Assembly (NCBI GenBank): GCA_045651985.1
Contig: JAZRTK010000020.1
Span: forward strand, 717 to 64,716
DNA: 64,000 nucleotides
DNA from: Eubacteriales bacterium
Lineage (GTDB): Bacteria; Bacillota; Clostridia; Oscillospirales; CAG-272
Direction of reading: 5' to 3'
Both the position numbers and the translations under genes were made by a program. The notes beneath the pieces were generated by a model. That model worked only from the letters and a program-made list of their open reading frames with translations. It was not told where the DNA came from and made no database searches. This document shows, one piece after another, positions 60,123 through 64,000 of this stretch (the stretch's first letter is position 1; every line of letters starts with the position of its first letter).

Positions 60123-60293
60123 GTGTCCTGCCTTGGGTATTGTACCACAACTCAAACCAAAAGTCAAGTATTTTTGTAAACAAGGTATAAAATTCTGTTT
60201 CGGAGGCTGAGAAAAAATAAAAAACTCTTGTGATTTTACAAAAAAAGGTGTAGAATAAGTTCTGCAATAAAATTTTTAGCAAAAGGACGCATC

Positions 60294-61559
60294 ATGAAAA
60301 CATTCAGACCGAAAATTTTTGACCTATTTATGAATTACTCCAGAAAACAGCTTATTTCCGACCTCGTGGCGGGACTTATCGTGGCAATTATCGCACTTCC
60401 CCTGTCTATCGCACTTGCCATCGCGTCGGGCGTTTCGCCCGAGAGGGGACTTTACACTGCTATCGTTGCGGGATTCGTTATCGCGCTTCTCGGAGGCAGC
60501 CGAGTCAATATTTCCGGACCTACGGCGGCATTTGCGGCGATAGTTGCGGGAATCGTCGCCGACCACGGTGTGGACGGTCTTGCCATAGCCACTCTTATGG
60601 CGGGAGTTATCCTTATTTTAATGGGACTTTTGCGATTGGGCTCACTTATAAAATACATACCCGAATCTATAACCGTGGGCTTTACCTCGGGTATCGCGGT
60701 GACTATCGTTATAGGTCAGATAAAGGATTTTCTGGGTCTTACCTTTGCCCCGGGCACAAACGCGGTGGAGGCTGTGGAAAAGCTTGAGGCTATCGCAAAG
60801 TCGATCACTACATTCAATCCTTGGGCACTGCTGACGGGGCTGATGGCGCTTGCCATACTTATCGTCTGGCCCAAGGTCAGCAAAAAAATACCCGGCTCTC
60901 TTGTTGCGGTTCTTTTTTTGACGGTTGCGGTGGCGCTGACGGATCTTGCCGTAAACACTATCGGAGACCTTTATAATATCAGTGCGTCCCTGCCTCCCTT
61001 TACCCTGCCAAACTTTGAGGGCTCAAAGATAGTCGCGCTTATCCCCTCTGCTTTTACTATCGCTATTTTAGCGGCTATCGAGTCGCTTCTTTCCTGCGTC
61101 GTTTCGGACAAGATGATAGATGACACCCACAACTCCAACACCGAACTTATGGCGCAAGGTGCGGGTAACATCTGCTCGGCACTCTTTGGCGGAATTCCCG
61201 CAACGGGAGCTATTGCGAGAACGGCGGCAAACGTAAAGAACGGCGGACGCTCTCCCGTGTCGGGAATGGTCCACGCAGTGGTGCTTCTTCTGGTGCTTGT
61301 GGTGCTCATGCCTTACGCGGCGTTTATTCCCATGCCCGTTATTGCCTCGGTCCTGTTTATGGTCGCATACAACATGAGCGAGTGGAGACATTTTGTGAAG
61401 ATCTGCAGGACGGCTCCTATATTTGACAGGCTGGTGCTTGTGCTTACCTTTGTTTTCACCGTTGTCTTTGATCTGGTCGTGGCTATCGCAGTCGGTCTTG
61501 CGGTGCATTATTTTATCGTTATTATAAGAATCCTGACTAAAAAGGAGGATTTAATATGA
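60294..61559 (+). CDS. SulP/SLC26 anion permease, lacking the STAS domain
   Basis: DLVAGLIVAIIALPLSIALAIASG, ISGPT, ELMAQGAGN, GAIARTAAN. Confidence 0.93.
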   Translation: MKTFRPKIFDLFMNYSRKQLISDLVAGLIVAIIALPLSIALAIASGVSPERGLYTAIVAGFVIALLGGSRVNISGPTAAFAAIVAGIVADHGVDGLAIATLMAGVILILMGLLRLGSLIKYIPESITVGFTSGIAVTIVIGQIKDFLGLTFAPGTNAVEAVEKLEAIAKSITTFNPWALLTGLMALAILIVWPKVSKKIPGSLVAVLFLTVAVALTDLAVNTIGDLYNISASLPPFTLPNFEGSKIVALIPSAFTIAILAAIESLLSCVVSDKMIDDTHNSNTELMAQGAGNICSALFGGIPATGAIARTAANVKNGGRSPVSGMVHAVVLLLVLVVLMPYAAFIPMPVIASVLFMVAYNMSEWRHFVKICRTAPIFDRLVLVLTFVFTVVFDLVVAIAVGLAVHYFIVIIRILTKKEDLI

Positions 61560-62089
61560 CATTTGAAACCGAGCGGCTTATCTTGCGCCCGTGGCGCGAG
61601 GAGGACGCAGACGACTTATACATATACGCAAGCGACCCCGATGTGGGGCCGTGGGCAGGATGGCCCGCGCATACGAGTGTCGAGAACAGCCGTGAAATAA
61701 TTCGTGACGTGCTTTCCAAGCCCGAAACCTACGCGGTCTGTTTAAAGGAGGACGGTCGCGCCATTGGCAGTATCGGATTCCACCGTGCCGACCTTGCCGA
61801 GCTTGACGACGAATACGAGCTTGGTTATTGGATAGGCAAGCCCTTTTGGGGTCGGGGCCTGATCACCGAAGCCTCGCGCGAGCTTCTCAGACACGCCTTT
61901 GAGGACCTTGGTATGAATCGGGTTTGGTGCGGATATTACGACGGCAACATCAAATCCCGACGGGTCCAAGACAAGCTGGGATTTGTTTATCACCACACCA
62001 CCGAAGGGCTGGAGGTTAGGCTGATGAACGAGACCCGCACGGGTCACGTGATGCTTATGACGCGGGAAACATGGGAGAAGATTAATTAA
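61556..62089 (+). CDS. RimJ/RimL-type GNAT acetyltransferase
   Basis: ETERLILRPW, ELGYWIGKPFWGRGL, NIKSRRVQDKLGF. Confidence 0.93.
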   Translation: MTFETERLILRPWREEDADDLYIYASDPDVGPWAGWPAHTSVENSREIIRDVLSKPETYAVCLKEDGRAIGSIGFHRADLAELDDEYELGYWIGKPFWGRGLITEASRELLRHAFEDLGMNRVWCGYYDGNIKSRRVQDKLGFVYHHTTEGLEVRLMNETRTGHVMLMTRETWEKIN

Positions 62090-62130
62090 AAAATGAATTT
62101 GACATGCGGGCGGTAGAGGATAGGAAAAAA

Positions 62131-62170
62131 ATATCGAGTGTTCCTAACATCAGTTATGAACACTCGATAT
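62131..62170. terminator. Terminator hairpin
   Basis: ATATCGAGTGTTC..GAACACTCGATAT. Confidence 0.8.
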
Positions 62171-62195
62171 GGTCTGAGTGACAAGACTTGAACTT
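62170..62195 (-). mobile_element. tRNA(Pro)-like 3' fragment, probable att site / island boundary
   Basis: AAGTTCAAGTCTTGTCACTCAGACCA = T-arm, acceptor strand and CCA; closely similar to the 3' end of the tRNA-Pro at 31581. Confidence 0.75.
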
Positions 62196-62275
62196 AGTTT
62201 TGCGCCGAGGTTTACAGGAAAACAATGCCTGAGTTTGGCGCAAAACAGCAAATGCGTGACGCATTTGCGAAGTTC
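62190..62275 (+). repeat. Three-way-junction palindromic element, copy C
   Basis: GAACTT/AAGTTC; GTTTTGCGCC/GGCGCAAAAC; GCAAATGCG/CGCATTTGC. Confidence 0.65.
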
Positions 62276-62337
62276 TACGTAGTGTACATACAAACGAAAT
62301 AAGGGCAACCCGAAGGATCGGATTAAAAGATTATGAA

Positions 62338-62964
62338 ATGAAGATTAATGCTGAATCGGGAGAAATTTCTGATGTTTTAAGAGCGAAAAATTTAAGAGAC
62401 TTGTTGGATAAATTCAAAATAGAGTACGGAGAAATATCAAAACAACTAGATGATATAATAAAAAAACTTGACGATTTAAGAAAGGAAAAACGCAAATACG
62501 ATCAAAAGAAAAAGTTAGTCAACAAAAGGTATAGTGAGTTAGTGCAGGCTGATAGATTCTCTTTTGGTTTGCAAGAAATTGATGTGGATAGATTTGCCAG
62601 CATAGATATATCATTTGAAGCTGGAGGAAGCAATAAACCAATAGCTACTGTAATATGGTATTTTAATTTGTTGAGATTGAAAAATGAATTCAATCCTAAC
62701 AGCATAAAATTCCCGCTTGTTTTGGATAGCCCCAACAATGTGGAGCTTGATGACGGAAAAAGGCAAGAACTGTTCGAATACTTGTTTGAAAATGTAGATG
62801 CAAACACTCAGTTAATCGTATCAACATTAGGTTTTTCCAAAGATGATTATCCAGATGCTGAAATAAGTAATATAGTAGAGTTAAAGAATCCCAAATATTC
62901 GTTATTAAATAGTGAGGATTACGAGCAAAATTTGGATGTTTTAGTTTTGTGTGACGAACTATAA
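62338..62964 (+). pseudogene. C-terminal fragment of an SMC/Rad50-like ABC ATPase (ABC-three-component/Lamassu LmuB-like)
   Basis: Coiled coil, then GGSN signature-like, FPLVLDSP Walker B and QLIVST; no Walker A, no clear RBS; very AT-rich. Confidence 0.6.
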
Positions 62965-63071
62965 TCTTTAAGCAACAATTGTTACTTAATTGATAACTAA
63001 TTCACGGTGTGCTGGACTTTCTCTCAAACTTGTGGTATTGTTGATGTTACCAAAGAACAGGAGGTAACAAA

Positions 63072-63326
63072 ATGATACTGCAAGCATTGAAAAACATGTA
63101 TCCGAAAGCGAGCGAGAAGGTGCTCAAGGCGGTCATGAAGGATCTCGAAAAATGCCGTGGAAAGAATATGAGCACCGAGGAACTCGCGGATTGGATAGGG
63201 AAGCTCGTAACAGCACACACCATTCAAGAAGCATTAAAAATAATAGAGGACGATTCAGAACCGAGTCAAGTCGGTGATGAGTCGTCCTTTGCTATTACGG
63301 AGGTGGGCAATGAAGCAAACAATTGA
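63072..63326 (+). CDS. Hypothetical protein
   Basis: GGAGGT RBS; overlaps the next gene. Confidence 0.7.
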   Translation: MILQALKNMYPKASEKVLKAVMKDLEKCRGKNMSTEELADWIGKLVTAHTIQEALKIIEDDSEPSQVGDESSFAITEVGNEANN

Positions 63327-63588
63327 AGAACTGTGGCACGGAAACATCATACCGCAAGAGGACAGCCGAAATAACTCGCCGGAGATGAAGGAACTGTTCA
63401 GTTACATGGCAAGGCATCACAAGGACTTGGAGAAAAGCTTCACAGACGAGCAGAAAGAAATCTTCGAGAAGTTCCATGATTGTTGGAGCGAATACATGAG
63501 CCTTGCAGAAAAGGCGATCTTCGTATATGCCTTCAAACTCGGTGGAAGATTGATGCTTGAAACGCTATTAGAGCAACGCAAAAATTGA
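63310..63588 (+). CDS. DUF6809-like small protein
   Basis: IEELWHGNIIP..FVYAFKLGGRLMLE; GGAGGT RBS. Confidence 0.75.
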   Translation: MKQTIEELWHGNIIPQEDSRNNSPEMKELFSYMARHHKDLEKSFTDEQKEIFEKFHDCWSEYMSLAEKAIFVYAFKLGGRLMLETLLEQRKN

Positions 63589-63608
63589 TACGCAGTAAGC
63601 AAAGAAAA

Positions 63609-63642
63609 AGCCTCTGAGAAATTTCTCGACTTCTCAGAGGCT
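63609..63642. terminator. Terminator between convergent genes
   Basis: AGCCTCTGAGAA..TTCTCAGAGGCT. Confidence 0.8.
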
Positions 63643-63652
63643 AATTCTACGT

Positions 63653-64000
63653 TTAGCGAACTACCGAAGAATGGCTATAGATATAGAACTCTTCTTGGCT
63701 CGGCATCCACTTCTTTTCTTTTGGTGGAAATGTCGCGTCGAATGCCTCGACAGCGGCGGTGTCCTCACAGCAATCGGCGGCGGTGGAAGGAATATACATC
63801 CACTTTCTGCCGTCAAGTGCATTCGGCACAAGCTCACATACGAGAAGTGCGGTAGGGAAGTTTCCGTCCACGATGAAGCTGACGTTCTTCTTTTTGCAGC
63901 TCACGAAACCACGGCTGACATAGTTGCCCGGATTTCCGAAATTGATGTTCACGTCATAGCCCATCTTGCGTGCTGCTTCAAAGGAATGCTCGATCAGCAT
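63653..64000 (-). CDS. GNAT acetyltransferase, C-terminal part (5' end outside window)
   Basis: LIEHSFEAARKMG..FGNPGNYVSRGF..FDATFPPKEK. Confidence 0.85.
   Translation of the reverse strand: MLIEHSFEAARKMGYDVNINFGNPGNYVSRGFVSCKKKNVSFIVDGNFPTALLVCELVPNALDGRKWMYIPSTAADCCEDTAAVEAFDATFPPKEKKWMPSQEEFYIYSHSSVVR

Noticed and set aside
62170-62245. Intact third tRNA
   Set aside because: Only the T-arm and acceptor 3' strand are present; there is no anticodon or D arm.

Overview
This is a 64 kb window from a Firmicutes chromosome, most consistent with an uncultured Clostridia/Oscillospirales-type gut or rumen anaerobe (inferred from gene content and SigA-type promoters). Housekeeping blocks include yybS-gdpP-rplI-dnaB-tilS-hpt-ftsH, a type III glutamine synthetase, rplJL with its L10 leader, TPP riboswitch-thiT, a heterodimeric ABC exporter, malQ, efp, proS, rodA/ftsW, tRNA-Pro(CGG) and tRNA-Val(GAC). 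A complete rnfCDGEAB operon runs directly into a NusG-II protein, a Gx transporter, a double FMN-binding lipoprotein and apbE. Accessory content includes two paralogous secreted beta-helix carbohydrate-enzyme-like proteins, one of them missed by the ORF track. It also includes a three-gene module: a dual-HTH regulator with three phased operators, a small Cys-rich protein, and a 1743-aa vWA/SLH adhesin. A low-GC island starts at a tRNA-Pro 3' fragment near 62.2 kb. The most notable non-annotated signals are the dual-HTH module with two different operator sets, an ~85-nt three-way-junction element found three times beside tRNA sequences, and a candidate sRNA upstream of glnA. No CRISPR array, rRNA or intact transposase/integrase was seen. 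All family assignments come from motif recognition by eye; no searches were run.
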